Source: an uncultured Actinomycetes bacterium
Lineage (GTDB): Bacteria; Actinomycetota; UBA4738; HRBIN12
Assembly: GCA_963727185.1 (NCBI GenBank)
Contig: CAVSFP010000006.1
Location: forward strand, 259,135-323,134
Direction: 5' to 3'
Length of the DNA stretch: 64,000 nucleotides
This document shows positions 40,740 to 51,547 of this stretch, piece by piece; position 1 is the stretch's first letter, and every line of letters begins with the position of its first letter. The notes under the pieces were generated by a model. That model saw nothing but the letters and a program-made list of their open reading frames with translations. It was not told the DNA's origin and made no database searches. Made by a program: the position numbers and the translations under genes.

Positions 40740-42554
40740 ATGGATGCCTCGATGCCTCGTTGGGAACAACGTCACCGCGCCCCCACCATCTCCATGCCCG
40801 ACTGGCCGCCCGGTGCGCCGGACCGGGTCGTGTACGAGAGTACGGAGAGCGGGGTGTGGCAGGTCCACTGCATGGACCTGGCCTCGGGTGCGCGGCGCCA
40901 GGTCACCGATCACCCGGTCGGCGTCGTCGGCGGATCCGTCTCCGTGGACGGCGCCGACGTCTTGTGGTGGCAGGACGAGACGGGCGACGAGTCCGGCCGG
41001 TGGTTCGCGGCTCCGTTCGCGGGCGGCGACGCCAGGCCGTACCTGGACGGCATCCCGATCGGCTGGAGCGAAGGGTTCGCACAGGCGCCCGGCGTCGTGG
41101 CCGCCTCGGTGAGCGATCGCGACGGGTTCGCGATCTACGTCTCGGTCGACGGAGGGCCGGCCAAGGAGACGCTCCGAAGCACGGATTGGCTGCGGGTGTC
41201 CGGGCCGGAAGGTGCCTCCTTCAACCGGGGCGGCCTCTCGGCGGACGGAACGCTGCTGTGTCTGCAGCATTGCGAGGGCGGCGACATGCTGCACCCGGCG
41301 CTGCGCGTCATCGATCCTCGGACCGCCGGGATCGTCGGCGACCTCCGCGACGAGGGCAAGAGCCTGTCGACCGCGGCCTGGTCTCCTGTAGCGGGCGACG
41401 GCCGGCTCGCGGTGATCCACGAGCGAGGCGGCGAAGACGGTACCGCGATCTGGGAGCCCGCGACCGGCACCTGGACCGATCTCCAGACCGGCCTGCACGG
41501 CGAGGTGGCGGCACTCGACTGGTGGCCGGACGGGTCCGCGTTGCTCCTTGCGAACCTCGTCGAGGGCCGTCACCGCCTCTATCGGCACGACGTCGAGACG
41601 GGCGAGACCACGCCGATCGAGCATCCGGAAGGACAGATCTCCGGCGGACGCGTCAGGCCGAACGGGGAGGTGTGGTTCCGCTGGGCGAACGGCGCGAACG
41701 CGCCGCGCGTCCTGAACGATCGCGGTGACGAGGTGTTGCGCGCCGAGGGCGAACGCGCGGTGGGCGGACGCCCGTACGTCTCGTTCCGGTTCGACAACGA
41801 GCGCGGACAGTCGGTGCACGGCTTCTACGCCACGCCGGAGGGCGAGGGACCGTTCCCGGTCTTCATCCGGCCGCACGGCGGACCGACGTGGTTGGAAGAG
41901 GATCGATGGAGCCCCGAGGTGCAGGCCTACGTCGACGCCGGGTTCGTCGTGGCGATGATCAACTTCCGGGGGTCGACCGGGTACGGGGCGGAATGGCGCG
42001 ACGCGTTGATCGGCGACATCGGCGGCCCGGAGCTGGAGGACCTGAACGCGGGCCTCGAGTGGCTGGTCCAACAGGACATCGCCGACCCGTTGCGCGCCGT
42101 GGTCGGTGGCTGGTCGTGGGGCGGATACCTCACGCTGATGGAGGTCGGCAAGCATCCCAACCTGTGGCTCTGCGGCGTCGCCGGCATCCCCGTGGGTGAC
42201 TACGAGATGTCGTACGACGACATGTCGCCGGTGTTGCAGGCCTACGATCGCGCGCTGCTGGGCGGGCGACCCGATGAGGTGCCCGCCCTCATGCTCGACC
42301 GGAACCCGATCAACTTCGCCGACGACGTCCGGGTGCCCGTCCTGTTCATCATCGGCAAGAACGACAGCCGGTGTCCGTACCGACAGGCCATGGCCTACGT
42401 CGACAAGCTCGCTGCTCGAGGCCACCCCCACGAGGTGTACCTCTTCGGGACGGGGCACGGGTCGTTCGATACGGACGAGGACGTCCGGCAGGTGCGAACC
42501 ATCCTCGAGTTCTTGGCCAAGCACGTGCCCGGCGTCGAGGTGCCGACGACCTAG
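40740..42554 (+). CDS. S9 family serine peptidase (prolyl oligopeptidase / acylaminoacyl peptidase-like)
   Basis: Track ORF with an N-terminal propeller and a C-terminal hydrolase carrying GGWSWGGYL (GxSxGG). Confidence 0.9.
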   Translation: MDASMPRWEQRHRAPTISMPDWPPGAPDRVVYESTESGVWQVHCMDLASGARRQVTDHPVGVVGGSVSVDGADVLWWQDETGDESGRWFAAPFAGGDARPYLDGIPIGWSEGFAQAPGVVAASVSDRDGFAIYVSVDGGPAKETLRSTDWLRVSGPEGASFNRGGLSADGTLLCLQHCEGGDMLHPALRVIDPRTAGIVGDLRDEGKSLSTAAWSPVAGDGRLAVIHERGGEDGTAIWEPATGTWTDLQTGLHGEVAALDWWPDGSALLLANLVEGRHRLYRHDVETGETTPIEHPEGQISGGRVRPNGEVWFRWANGANAPRVLNDRGDEVLRAEGERAVGGRPYVSFRFDNERGQSVHGFYATPEGEGPFPVFIRPHGGPTWLEEDRWSPEVQAYVDAGFVVAMINFRGSTGYGAEWRDALIGDIGGPELEDLNAGLEWLVQQDIADPLRAVVGGWSWGGYLTLMEVGKHPNLWLCGVAGIPVGDYEMSYDDMSPVLQAYDRALLGGRPDEVPALMLDRNPINFADDVRVPVLFIIGKNDSRCPYRQAMAYVDKLAARGHPHEVYLFGTGHGSFDTDEDVRQVRTILEFLAKHVPGVEVPTT

Positions 42555-42614
42555 TCCATCTCAGAGTAGAAGCACCGTTCGCCGCTCGTTCGGGTCCGGT
42601 GCTACCTTGGCGGC

Positions 42615-42884
42615 ATGCCCTCGCTGCAACAGGCGTTCCTCGTCGCGACGGCCGTGCTGCTCGGATTCGTGATCTGGCGTGTGGGTACCGCGATGCTCCG
42701 CTCGGTCTCCGGGAGCGGCTTCGATCGCACCAAGCCCGAGGTCGAGGATGTCGAGGAGCTCGACGTGTTCCTGGTCTGCCACGAGTGCGGAACCGAGCTC
42801 CACGTCACCCGCCTGGGCGAGCTGCAGATCCCTCGTCATTGCGGCGAGCCGATGCAGGTGGTCCGCCGTCCGGCGGTGGGCTGA
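42615..42884 (+). CDS. membrane-anchored zinc-ribbon miniprotein
   Basis: Track ORF with TM helix FLVATAVLLGFVIW and CHECG...RHCG. Confidence 0.5.
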   Translation: MPSLQQAFLVATAVLLGFVIWRVGTAMLRSVSGSGFDRTKPEVEDVEELDVFLVCHECGTELHVTRLGELQIPRHCGEPMQVVRRPAVG

Positions 42885-43007
42885 GGCAGGTTATCCACCG
42901 TCGTCGCACCGGCCATCCACCGGATCTCCACACCCGGCGGCCGGCGTTTCCCACAGCTGGGGAAAGCATGTGGAAGGATCACATCGATGTGATTCGAGCC
43001 GCGCGCG

Positions 43008-43277
43008 TCAGCGGATCTTCGTCGTCCCCAGGAAGCCCACGCCGATCATGCCGAGCCCGACGAAGAGGACGACCGGGCTGGTGGTGTCGTTCGTGAACGG
43101 CAGGACCTGCGGCCAGATGTAGTTGAGGACGATGATGACGACGCCGAGGCCCATGATCCCCAGAACGAGCGGTGCATACCAGCGGGGACTCGGCTTCTGG
43201 CGGGGCGCCTTCTTCGTCGGCTCCAGCTGGTAGCGGCGCTTCTGGGCGGCGGTGTTGCGCGAACGGGACTTCGGCAT
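43008..43277 (-). CDS. crgA: cell division protein CrgA
   Basis: Track ORF. MPKSRSR...PSPRWYAPLVLGIMGLGVVIIVLNY plus a second TM helix, the classic CrgA layout. Confidence 0.85.
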   Translation of the reverse strand: MPKSRSRNTAAQKRRYQLEPTKKAPRQKPSPRWYAPLVLGIMGLGVVIIVLNYIWPQVLPFTNDTTSPVVLFVGLGMIGVGFLGTTKIR

Positions 43278-43287
43278 GACCCCGATG

Positions 43288-45579
43288 TTACCCGGGGAGC
43301 AGGCGGAGCGTGGCCACCGCGGCAGCTTCCACGGCCGGCCTCGTGAACGGCAGCGGGTGATGCTCCCCGGCGATCCACAAGGGGAACTGGTCGTTCCAGT
43401 GCGGCGACGCCGGGTTGCCCGAGACGCCTGCCGGCAGTACGCCGACGGACCGATCGAGGTCCGCCAGGTCGTAGACGGCGCGCCACGACGCGATCACGTC
43501 GACGAGGTATCCGTCGCGTCCGTCGAACCCGCCCTGGGCCACGGTCTGCTCGTCGCCGCCGAGTTCGGCCTCACCGGCAGTGAAGAGCGATCCGAGGCCG
43601 GGGATCGCGCCCAACGGATGGACCAGCGCGAGTCGGTGCAGTGCGCCCCATCTCCAGGCCGAAGGATCCGAGCCGAGTTGCTCGGTGAGCTCGGCCAACG
43701 CATCGCCGAGCGCGGCGTGGAGCAGGTCGTCGTCGAGCGGGCCGGACGGGTCGCGGAGCCACGCCGGCAGGACCTCGCACTGGAAGGTCTCCCGGTCCGT
43801 GTGGTAGCGCCGGAAAAGCTCGTCGCCCAGTGGTGGATGCAACGCGCGCCGGGCGATGTGTCGCGACCACACGTTGAACAGGGCGGCGGCCGGGGAGTGC
43901 GCCGACATGTCCCCGTCCCAGGCGGCCACGGATCCGATCGCGTGTCGCTCCTCGTCGTTCCGCGGTTCGAGGGCGGCCAACCGTGGGATCGCGGCCATCG
44001 CGGGGAGCGAGAACGTGTCGAGCTGGATCCGCGCCATCGAGGCGACATCGTGTTGGGCGATCGCCTCGAGCCGCTCGACCACGCGGCGCGCTCGGTACGG
44101 CGTGTGGAAGTCGTGCCCGATCAGGTGTGGGTAGCCGTCGTCGTGGATCCGGTTGTTCGCGGTGACCAGATATCCATGTGGCGGGTCGATCGCCCACGGC
44201 AGCTCGTCGTACGGGATCCATCCGTTCCACTCGTAGCCGGGGGTCCACCCGGGCACCGGTGTGGTGCCGTCTCCTGCGTCGCGCAGCGGGAACCGTCCGG
44301 AGCATTGATAGCCGATCGTTCCGTCCACGTCGGCGTAGACGAAGTTCTGTCCCGGACATTCCACGCCCCACGCCGCGCGGCGGAACTCCTCGAAGCTGGT
44401 CGCGTGCGCGGCGTCCAGGACGAGCGATGGACGGATGCCGCAGTCGAACCCGGTCCATCGGAGCGTGTACGTCTCGGCCGATTCGAGCGGGATGTGCTCG
44501 GTGTGCATGTTGCCCACCGCCGCCGTCTCGATGATCGGGCCGTGTCGTGTCTCGTAGACGTCGACGAGGACCGGTTCGGCGGCGCCGCGGACGTGGATCC
44601 GTTCGTGATGGACGGTCAGCGGCTCCCATGCGCCGTCGTGCTCGGCGGCCGTGCGCTCGTCGTTCAGATGCTCGACGTAGAGGTCCTGGACGTCCCCGCT
44701 CACGTTCGTGACGCCCCACGAGTGATGCGCGGTCGTACCGAGCAGGATGCCGGGTGAGAACGTGAGCGCCACGCCGCGCGCCTCGTACCCGGGAGCTCGG
44801 AGGTGCATCTCGATCCACGCGCCGGGCTGCACGGCGAGCAGGTGCGGGTCATTGGCGAGCAACGGCTTGCCGGTCGCCGTTCGTGTGCCCGCCACCACCC
44901 AGTCGTTCGACCCTTCGCCCTTCGGTCGCGGGAGCTCATCGAGCAGGCGACCGGCGAGCGAGCCCGCGGCGATCGACGGCGGATCGGCCGGCAACGGCGG
45001 GAGGAGCGCGCCGACCTCGTCGGGCCCGAGCCGTTCGGCGATCGCCGTGCGGAGCAGCTCCTGGTCCCAGTTCCCGGAGAGCCCCCACGCCAGGTAGACG
45101 AACGCCGCCGCCCACGGGCCGGCGTCGTCGGTCGGCAGGCTCGGAGCCATGTCGAGCAGGGAGTACTCGACGGGAGGCGCCGGCATCTGCGCGATCCACG
45201 CCGCGCATCCCTGGCGGAACCGGGCGTGGATCGCGTGGGAGGCGTCGTCCCATCCGGCGGCGAGCTTCGCCCCCGTGCGGGAGAAGCCGATCGTCCGGGC
45301 GAACCGATCGTCGGCCAGCGTGCGGTCGGCGAAGACCTCGGAGAGACGTCCGCTGGCCGCGCGGAGCAACAGGTCCATCTGGAACAGGCGCTCACCGGCG
45401 GTGACGAACCCCTGCGCGAACCAAAGATCGTCGAGGGACTCGGCGCTGATGTACGGCACGCCCCAGTGATCCCGGAGGATCTCGACCGGTTCGGCCAGTC
45501 CCGAGACCGTGAGCTCGCCGTTCTCGGGGAGGAGGGACGCGGCGGCGACCTCGCGCAGCTGTTCGACGAAGTCGCTCAT
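43288..45579 (-). CDS. penicillin acylase family Ntn-hydrolase (possible acyl-homoserine-lactone or beta-lactam acylase)
   Basis: Intact 763-aa track ORF. GSNDWVVAG is the nucleophile Ser block. LLANDPHL is present. Confidence 0.9.
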   Translation of the reverse strand: MSDFVEQLREVAAASLLPENGELTVSGLAEPVEILRDHWGVPYISAESLDDLWFAQGFVTAGERLFQMDLLLRAASGRLSEVFADRTLADDRFARTIGFSRTGAKLAAGWDDASHAIHARFRQGCAAWIAQMPAPPVEYSLLDMAPSLPTDDAGPWAAAFVYLAWGLSGNWDQELLRTAIAERLGPDEVGALLPPLPADPPSIAAGSLAGRLLDELPRPKGEGSNDWVVAGTRTATGKPLLANDPHLLAVQPGAWIEMHLRAPGYEARGVALTFSPGILLGTTAHHSWGVTNVSGDVQDLYVEHLNDERTAAEHDGAWEPLTVHHERIHVRGAAEPVLVDVYETRHGPIIETAAVGNMHTEHIPLESAETYTLRWTGFDCGIRPSLVLDAAHATSFEEFRRAAWGVECPGQNFVYADVDGTIGYQCSGRFPLRDAGDGTTPVPGWTPGYEWNGWIPYDELPWAIDPPHGYLVTANNRIHDDGYPHLIGHDFHTPYRARRVVERLEAIAQHDVASMARIQLDTFSLPAMAAIPRLAALEPRNDEERHAIGSVAAWDGDMSAHSPAAALFNVWSRHIARRALHPPLGDELFRRYHTDRETFQCEVLPAWLRDPSGPLDDDLLHAALGDALAELTEQLGSDPSAWRWGALHRLALVHPLGAIPGLGSLFTAGEAELGGDEQTVAQGGFDGRDGYLVDVIASWRAVYDLADLDRSVGVLPAGVSGNPASPHWNDQFPLWIAGEHHPLPFTRPAVEAAAVATLRLLPG

Positions 45580-45592
45580 GCAGCCCGGAAGC

Positions 45593-47422
45593 CTATCGGT
45601 CCCCGGAGCCTGCGAGCGCCTCTCGCGTGTTGCCGAGCCAGCTGTCGTGCAGACCCGCGTACACCCCTCCGCGGGCGAGGAGCTCGGCGTGCGTTCCCTC
45701 CTCGACCAGCCGTCCGGCGTCGAGGACCAGCACGCGATCCGCGTGCTCGGCGGTCGAGAGCCGGTGCGCGATCGTGATCACGGTCCGGCCGGCGGACAAC
45801 CGTCGCAACGCCTCGGTGGTGCGGCGCTCGGTCGCAGGATCCACCGCGCTCGTCGCCTCGTCCAGGATCAGGAGTCCGGGCTGGTCGATCTGTGCGCGTG
45901 CCAGCGACACGAGCTGGCGCTCGCCGACCGACAGGGCCTCCCCCCGCTCGCCCACAGGAGTGTCAAGGCCCTGGGGGAGCGCGTCGACCCAGTCGGCCAG
46001 GCCCAGCTCCTCGAACGCGGTCTCGACGTCGCGGTCGCTCGCGCCGGGCCGCCCGTACCGGACGTTCTCCCGGACGGTGGTGTCGAACAGGAACCCGTCC
46101 TGCGGAACCATGCGGATGGCGGCGCGTCGCGAGACGGGCGACACCCGGCGGAGGTCGACGCCGTCGACCTCGATGTCTCCCGACGCCGGATCGGCCAGAC
46201 GCGCCAGCAGCTTGGCGAACGTCGTCTTCCCGCCGCCCGTCTGACCGACGATCGCCACGTGCGATCCACGTTCCACCCGGACCGAGATGCCGCGGAGCAC
46301 GGGTCCGCCTTCGCGGTACGAGTACTCCAGCCCGTTCGTTCGAACCGCGATGGGACCCGAGGGCAGCTCGACCCCGTCCTCCGGTTCCACGATCTCGATG
46401 GCGAGGTCGAGCACCGTGAGGATCTTCCGCCAGCCGGCGATCGCGGTCTGCGTGTCGGCGTAGATCTCCGGGAGATCGGTGAACACGTGCAGGAAGATGT
46501 CCGACAGGAAGATGAACGCGGTTACGCGGCCGAACGTGAGACCCCATCCCGGCCCATGCGAAGCGCCGAGCCAGACGATGACCGAGACGGCGATCGCGTA
46601 GAAGAACGTGGCGATCGGGAACAGCGTCGCCGAGCGCCAGTGCGCCACGATCGTCGCCCGGTACCGTTCGTCGATCGCGCGCTTCACGCGGCGATCGGTG
46701 CGGTCCTCGAGGCCGTAGGCGCGGACGACGGCCGCACCCATGACGCTTTCGGAGACCTCGGACATCAGCTGGCCGACGCGCGTGCGCACCAGGTCGAACG
46801 CTTGCGTCAGGCGGCCTTGCAGCGACGACACGACCCACAGGAGCGGGATGACCAGCAGGACGACCGCGATCGTCAGCTGCCAGGAGTACACGAGCATGAG
46901 CGCGAGCGCCCCGAACACGAGCGCGAACGAGATGATCCACGCGATCCCGCCCCACTCCGTGAACTGCGAGAGCGTGTCGACGTCGGCCGTGACGCGCGCG
47001 ACGAACACGCCGCGCTTCTCCTCGGTCTGCTCCGCGATCGACAGATCGTGGATGTGCGCGAACGTGCGGACGCGCAGCGCCATCAACGCCTGCTCGGACG
47101 CGTTCACCAGCCTGCGAGCGGCCAGGCGGCTCGCGAGATAGGTGAAGATGACCAACGCGAGCGCGGCGCCGCACAGGGTGTAGACGTAGGTGGGTCGGAA
47201 CCCCCCTTCGAACCCGTGGTCGAAGATCTGCTGGACGAGCACGGGGGTGATGAGCGTCGCGGCCGTGACTCCAAGGGAGATGACGACGGTCAGGCCGAGG
47301 CCCTTGCGCAGCTCCGGCGACTCGTGCAGACCGCGACGCAGCACGGCTCGTGCGCTCTGGAGGTGCGGGGGGACCTCGAGATCCTCGTCGGGCGTCACGG
47401 CGTCCTGGGTGATGACGCTCAC
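45593..47422 (-). CDS. ABC exporter, fused permease/ATPase
   Basis: Track ORF with GQTGGGKTT, LSVGERQ and ILDEATSAVD. The start overlaps the upstream stop. Confidence 0.9.
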   Translation of the reverse strand: MSVITQDAVTPDEDLEVPPHLQSARAVLRRGLHESPELRKGLGLTVVISLGVTAATLITPVLVQQIFDHGFEGGFRPTYVYTLCGAALALVIFTYLASRLAARRLVNASEQALMALRVRTFAHIHDLSIAEQTEEKRGVFVARVTADVDTLSQFTEWGGIAWIISFALVFGALALMLVYSWQLTIAVVLLVIPLLWVVSSLQGRLTQAFDLVRTRVGQLMSEVSESVMGAAVVRAYGLEDRTDRRVKRAIDERYRATIVAHWRSATLFPIATFFYAIAVSVIVWLGASHGPGWGLTFGRVTAFIFLSDIFLHVFTDLPEIYADTQTAIAGWRKILTVLDLAIEIVEPEDGVELPSGPIAVRTNGLEYSYREGGPVLRGISVRVERGSHVAIVGQTGGGKTTFAKLLARLADPASGDIEVDGVDLRRVSPVSRRAAIRMVPQDGFLFDTTVRENVRYGRPGASDRDVETAFEELGLADWVDALPQGLDTPVGERGEALSVGERQLVSLARAQIDQPGLLILDEATSAVDPATERRTTEALRRLSAGRTVITIAHRLSTAEHADRVLVLDAGRLVEEGTHAELLARGGVYAGLHDSWLGNTREALAGSGDR

Positions 47423-49224
47423 GACGTGCTCCGTTCGTACGCGTGGATCATCGCAGCGTAGCCGGGCATGCTGGCGAGCAGGTCCTCGTGACTCCCCGTC
47501 GCGCGCAGGCGTCCGTCCTCCAGATAGATGATCCGATCGGCGAGCCGGATCGTAGACAGGCGATACGCCACCACGACGAGCGTCGTCCGGAGCTCGCGCC
47601 GGAGCGCACCGAGGATCTGTGCCTCGATGGTCGGGTCGACGGCCGACGTCGCGTCGTCCAGGATCAGCATCCGCGGCCTTCGAACGAGCGCGCGCGCGAG
47701 CGCCACCCGTTGCCGCTGCCCACCCGACAGCGTGTGGCCACGTTCGCCCACCACGGTGTCGTACCCGTCGGGCAAGCGGCGGATGAACGCATCCGCCTGC
47801 GCCAGACTGGCCGCGTGCTCAACCGCCTCCGGCCCGGCTCCGGTGTCGAGCGCGATGTTGTCGCGCACCGGCGCCGCGAACAGGAAGCTCTCCTGGAACA
47901 CGATCGCCGTCGCGTCGCGGAGCGAGGCCGCATCCGCGTGGCGGAGGTTGACGCCTCCGATCAGCACCTCACCTTCGTCGGGATCGTCCAAGCGAACGAG
48001 CAGCTGCGCCAGCGTGCTCTTGCCGACGCCCGTCGGACCGACGATCGCCACCGACTCGTCCGCGTCGATCCGCAGGCTGACCTCGTCAAGGATCTTCGTC
48101 CCGGCGTAGCCGTACGAGACCGCAGCTAGCCGCGCGTCGAGTGCTCCGTCCGGCAACCGCACGGGCTCGGCGGCGGGCACGACCGTGACCGGCTCGGCGA
48201 AGATCCCCTCCAGGCGCGCGTAGCTGACCACGGCTCGGGGAAGCTCCGAGAGGATCCATCCGATGAACCGCATCGGCCACGCGAGCAGGCCGAACAGCGC
48301 TATGAACTGGATCAGTTCTCCGCGCGTCACCGCACCGACGGATACCCGCCACGATCCGACCGCCATGAGCGCGACCGCGCCGACGGCCGGCAGCGCCTCG
48401 AGCGCGGGTTCGAATCCAGCCCGGATGTACCCGGCATGGACGCGCTCGTGCTGGAGCGCGCGGGCCTTCACCGCGAGCCGTTCGGTCTCCTCGGCTTCGC
48501 GTCCGAGCGTCTTCACGATCATCGCGCCGTCGATGCTCTCGTGAGCGACGGAGGACACGTCGCCGATCCGTTCCTGCGCGCGGCGGGCCGGCCCCTCCAT
48601 GCGGCGCGCGAAGCTCCGGTTCATGATCGCGAGGGTGGGGAACAGGAGGACGCCGATCATCGCGAGATAGATGTCGGTCGCGAATAGCGAGATCATCGCG
48701 AAGAGCACCAGGAAGAGCACGCCGGTGGCGAACGGGATCGGGTGCAGCACGTCCACGGCCGCCTCGACATCGGCCTCCATGTGCGCGATCAGCTCGCCGG
48801 TCGGGGTCTCTTTGTGGAACTGGAGCGAGAGGTCCCGGTAGCGGTCGGCGATCCGCGTGCGGAGGGTGGCCATGACGCGCGCACCCGCGACGCCGCTGTA
48901 GTACCGGCGAACCATGATCCCGCCCGCGCGCAGCGTGCCGGCGGCCATGATCGCGGCGATCGCGAGCCAGATCTGCGACGACGCCACGCCGCCGTTGAAC
49001 GCGGGCTGCAGGACGTTATCCACCGCGCGGCCCAACGCCACGGTCAGGCCGATCGACGCGAGCGCGTACACCATCGAACCGCCCACCGCGATCAGGAACG
49101 GGCCGGGGTGCGTCTTGACGTACGACACGACCAGACGCAGGCCGCGCAGGAACAGGCCGCGTTCCGCCATCTCGGGTGTCTCGACGTAGGCTTGCAAAGA
49201 CTCTCCTCCGCTCCGACCAGGCAT
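47419..49224 (-). CDS. ABC exporter, fused permease/ATPase (partner of 45593..47422)
   Basis: Track ORF with GPTGVGKST, LSGGQRQ and ILDDATSAVD. The true start may be the internal ATG (MAERGLF). Confidence 0.9.
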   Translation of the reverse strand: MPGRSGGESLQAYVETPEMAERGLFLRGLRLVVSYVKTHPGPFLIAVGGSMVYALASIGLTVALGRAVDNVLQPAFNGGVASSQIWLAIAAIMAAGTLRAGGIMVRRYYSGVAGARVMATLRTRIADRYRDLSLQFHKETPTGELIAHMEADVEAAVDVLHPIPFATGVLFLVLFAMISLFATDIYLAMIGVLLFPTLAIMNRSFARRMEGPARRAQERIGDVSSVAHESIDGAMIVKTLGREAEETERLAVKARALQHERVHAGYIRAGFEPALEALPAVGAVALMAVGSWRVSVGAVTRGELIQFIALFGLLAWPMRFIGWILSELPRAVVSYARLEGIFAEPVTVVPAAEPVRLPDGALDARLAAVSYGYAGTKILDEVSLRIDADESVAIVGPTGVGKSTLAQLLVRLDDPDEGEVLIGGVNLRHADAASLRDATAIVFQESFLFAAPVRDNIALDTGAGPEAVEHAASLAQADAFIRRLPDGYDTVVGERGHTLSGGQRQRVALARALVRRPRMLILDDATSAVDPTIEAQILGALRRELRTTLVVVAYRLSTIRLADRIIYLEDGRLRATGSHEDLLASMPGYAAMIHAYERSTS

Positions 49225-49268
49225 CCTACGGGTTGAGGGAGGGCGTTCCTGCTGGAATGATGCGGCTC

Positions 49269-51002
49269 ATGACCCAGCACCGGCCGTGGTTCCACAAGTG
49301 GCCCGCCGACGTCCCGCGAACCCTCGAACCCATCCCGGAACTGTCGTTATTCCGACTGCTCCAGGACGCGGCGGCCGGGTTCCCGGACAACCCGGCGACG
49401 GCGTTCTTCGGCGCGCACCTCACGTATCGCGAGCTGCTCGATCATGTCGAGCGCTTCTCGGCCGTCCTCGCCGGGCTCGGCGTGAAGCAGGGCGACCGTG
49501 TCGGGCTCCTGTTGCCGAACTGTCCCCAGTACCTCATCGCGTGGTACGCGTGCCAGCGGATCGGCGCCATCGCGGTCGGTAACAACCCGCTGTACACGCA
49601 GCGCGAGCTCGAGCACCAGATCAAGGACGCCGGCATCGAAGTGATGGTCGTGCTCGAGAACGTCTACGAGAACTTCGGAAAGGTGCGCGATGTGGCCGGG
49701 ATCCGCGAAGTCGTCGCGGCCAAGCTCACCGACCACATGAAGTTCCCGCTCAACCTGCTGGCGCCGATCAAGTTCCGCAGGGACGCCAAGAAGGAGGGTC
49801 ACCCGTGGCCGCCGATCCCCGCCGGTCATCGGGTGCGATGGTGGAAGGACGCCATGAAGGCGACCGGCCCGCTTCCTCCGGTCGCGACCGTCGACCCGCG
49901 GGTCGATGCCGCCGCGCTGATCTACACCGGGGGAACCACGGGCTTGTCCAAGGGAGCCACGCTCTCGCACTTCAACCTGGTGTCGAACGCGATGCAGGCG
50001 GTGGCGTGCATCTCGGACATCCGTCCGGGCCAGGACTCCATCATGTGCATCCTGCCGTTCTTCCATTCGTTCGGCACGGTCGCCATGAACGTGGGCATCC
50101 TGCGCGCCGCGAAGTTGGTGATGCTGCCGCGGTTCGAGCTGAAGCAATGCCTGAAGGAGATCCAGCGGGAGAAGCCGACGTTCTTCCCCGGCGTGCCGCG
50201 CCTCTACCTGAACCTGAACGAATCGGAGGAAACGCCCAAGTACGACCTCGGTTCGATCAAGGCGTGCATCTCCGGTGCCGCGCCGCTGCCGCTCGCGACG
50301 GCCGAGAAGTTCGAGCGCCTCACCGGGGGTGGCCTCGTCGAGGGGTACGGGCTCACCGAGACCTCGCCGATGACGCACGTGAACCCGTTGAAAGGCGAAC
50401 GCCGCAAGGGCTCGATCGGGCTCCCCGCTCCGGACACCGACTGCAAGATCGTCGACCTCGAAGACCCGGATCGCGAGCTGGCCGCCGGAGAACGCGGCGA
50501 GCTCTGCATCCGCGGCCCGCAGGTGATGCTCGGCTACTGGAACCGGCCCGAGGCGACGGCGGAGATGATCCGCAACGGCTGGCTGCATTCCGGCGACATC
50601 GCGGTGATGGATGAGGACGGCTACTTCTTCATCGTCGACCGGATGAAGGACATGATCTTGGTGAACGGCTTCAACGTGTACCCCACCGAGGTCGAAGACG
50701 TGCTCTTCCACCACCCGAAGATCCTGAAGTGCGCCGTGATCGGCGTGCCCGACGACGAGCACGGCGAGCGGGTCAAGGCGTTCATCGTGTTGAAGCCCGG
50801 TGAGACCGCGACGGCGGCCGAGATCGTCGCGTGGTGTCGCGACCCGGCGCAGGGGCTCACGGGCTACCGCGTGCCGCGGGAGTTCGAGTTCCGGGATTCG
50901 CTCCCGGAGACGATGATCGGCAAGGTCCTGCGCCGCGTGCTGCAGGAGGAGGAGCGAGCGAAGGTGGCGGCCGCCGCCGCGGCCGCTCCGCCCGTGTCGT
51001 GA
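49269..51002 (+). CDS. fadD: long-chain fatty-acid--CoA ligase
   Basis: In-frame ATG at 49269. YTGGTTGLSKGA AMP-binding motif, GYGLTE and GWLHSGD. Confidence 0.9.
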   Translation: MTQHRPWFHKWPADVPRTLEPIPELSLFRLLQDAAAGFPDNPATAFFGAHLTYRELLDHVERFSAVLAGLGVKQGDRVGLLLPNCPQYLIAWYACQRIGAIAVGNNPLYTQRELEHQIKDAGIEVMVVLENVYENFGKVRDVAGIREVVAAKLTDHMKFPLNLLAPIKFRRDAKKEGHPWPPIPAGHRVRWWKDAMKATGPLPPVATVDPRVDAAALIYTGGTTGLSKGATLSHFNLVSNAMQAVACISDIRPGQDSIMCILPFFHSFGTVAMNVGILRAAKLVMLPRFELKQCLKEIQREKPTFFPGVPRLYLNLNESEETPKYDLGSIKACISGAAPLPLATAEKFERLTGGGLVEGYGLTETSPMTHVNPLKGERRKGSIGLPAPDTDCKIVDLEDPDRELAAGERGELCIRGPQVMLGYWNRPEATAEMIRNGWLHSGDIAVMDEDGYFFIVDRMKDMILVNGFNVYPTEVEDVLFHHPKILKCAVIGVPDDEHGERVKAFIVLKPGETATAAEIVAWCRDPAQGLTGYRVPREFEFRDSLPETMIGKVLRRVLQEEERAKVAAAAAAAPPVS

Positions 51003-51547
51003 ACCCCATCTCCTGGTCGATCGACGAACGGACGATCGTTCGCACCCTGACGCTCGACGATGCGGAGGTCATCTTTCAAGCCATCGACGCGAACCGGGAC
51101 AGGCTTCGCCCGTACATGCACTGGGAGCGGACGACCCTGTCGCCGGACGATGTGCGCGCGTTCATCGAACGATCGCTCGCGTCGACGACCGACGAGGACG
51201 CCAACGGGATCTGGGTCGCGGGTGAGTTCGCCGGCAACGTGGGGCTCCGCATCGATCCGGAGGAGATGAGCACGGGCGAGATCGGCTATTGGAACGTCCG
51301 CTCGTTCGAAGGACGGGGTCTGATCACGGAGGCGTGCCGCCGATTCGTCGATCACGGGTTCCACGTGCGGATGCTGCATCGGATCGAGATCCATGCGGCC
51401 GCCGATAACCTCCGGAGCCGCGCCGTGGCAGAACGATTGGGCTTCACGCTGGAGGGGTCGATGCGCGACGGCCATCGCAAGCCCGACGACACGTACGTCG
51501 ACCAGGTCGTCTACGGGCTGCTCGCCTCCGATCGGTTCGAGACGTGA
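50999..51547 (+). CDS. GNAT family (RimJ/RimL-like) N-acetyltransferase
   Basis: GTG at 50999 overlaps the fadD stop (GTGA). [16 protein letters not shown] and [13 protein letters not shown] blocks. Confidence 0.82.
   Translation: MNPISWSIDERTIVRTLTLDDAEVIFQAIDANRDRLRPYMHWERTTLSPDDVRAFIERSLASTTDEDANGIWVAGEFAGNVGLRIDPEEMSTGEIGYWNVRSFEGRGLITEACRRFVDHGFHVRMLHRIEIHAAADNLRSRAVAERLGFTLEGSMRDGHRKPDDTYVDQVVYGLLASDRFET

Noticed and set aside
40608-42524. 638-aa minus-strand ORF
   Set aside because: It is antisense to the intact S9 peptidase gene, with the same low-complexity Arg/Pro-rich character.
43252-47461. Long plus-strand ORFs 43252..44757 (501 aa) and 45509..47461 (650 aa)
   Set aside because: They are antisense to the intact penicillin acylase and ABC exporter genes. 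They are Arg/Asp/Glu/Pro-rich with no motifs.
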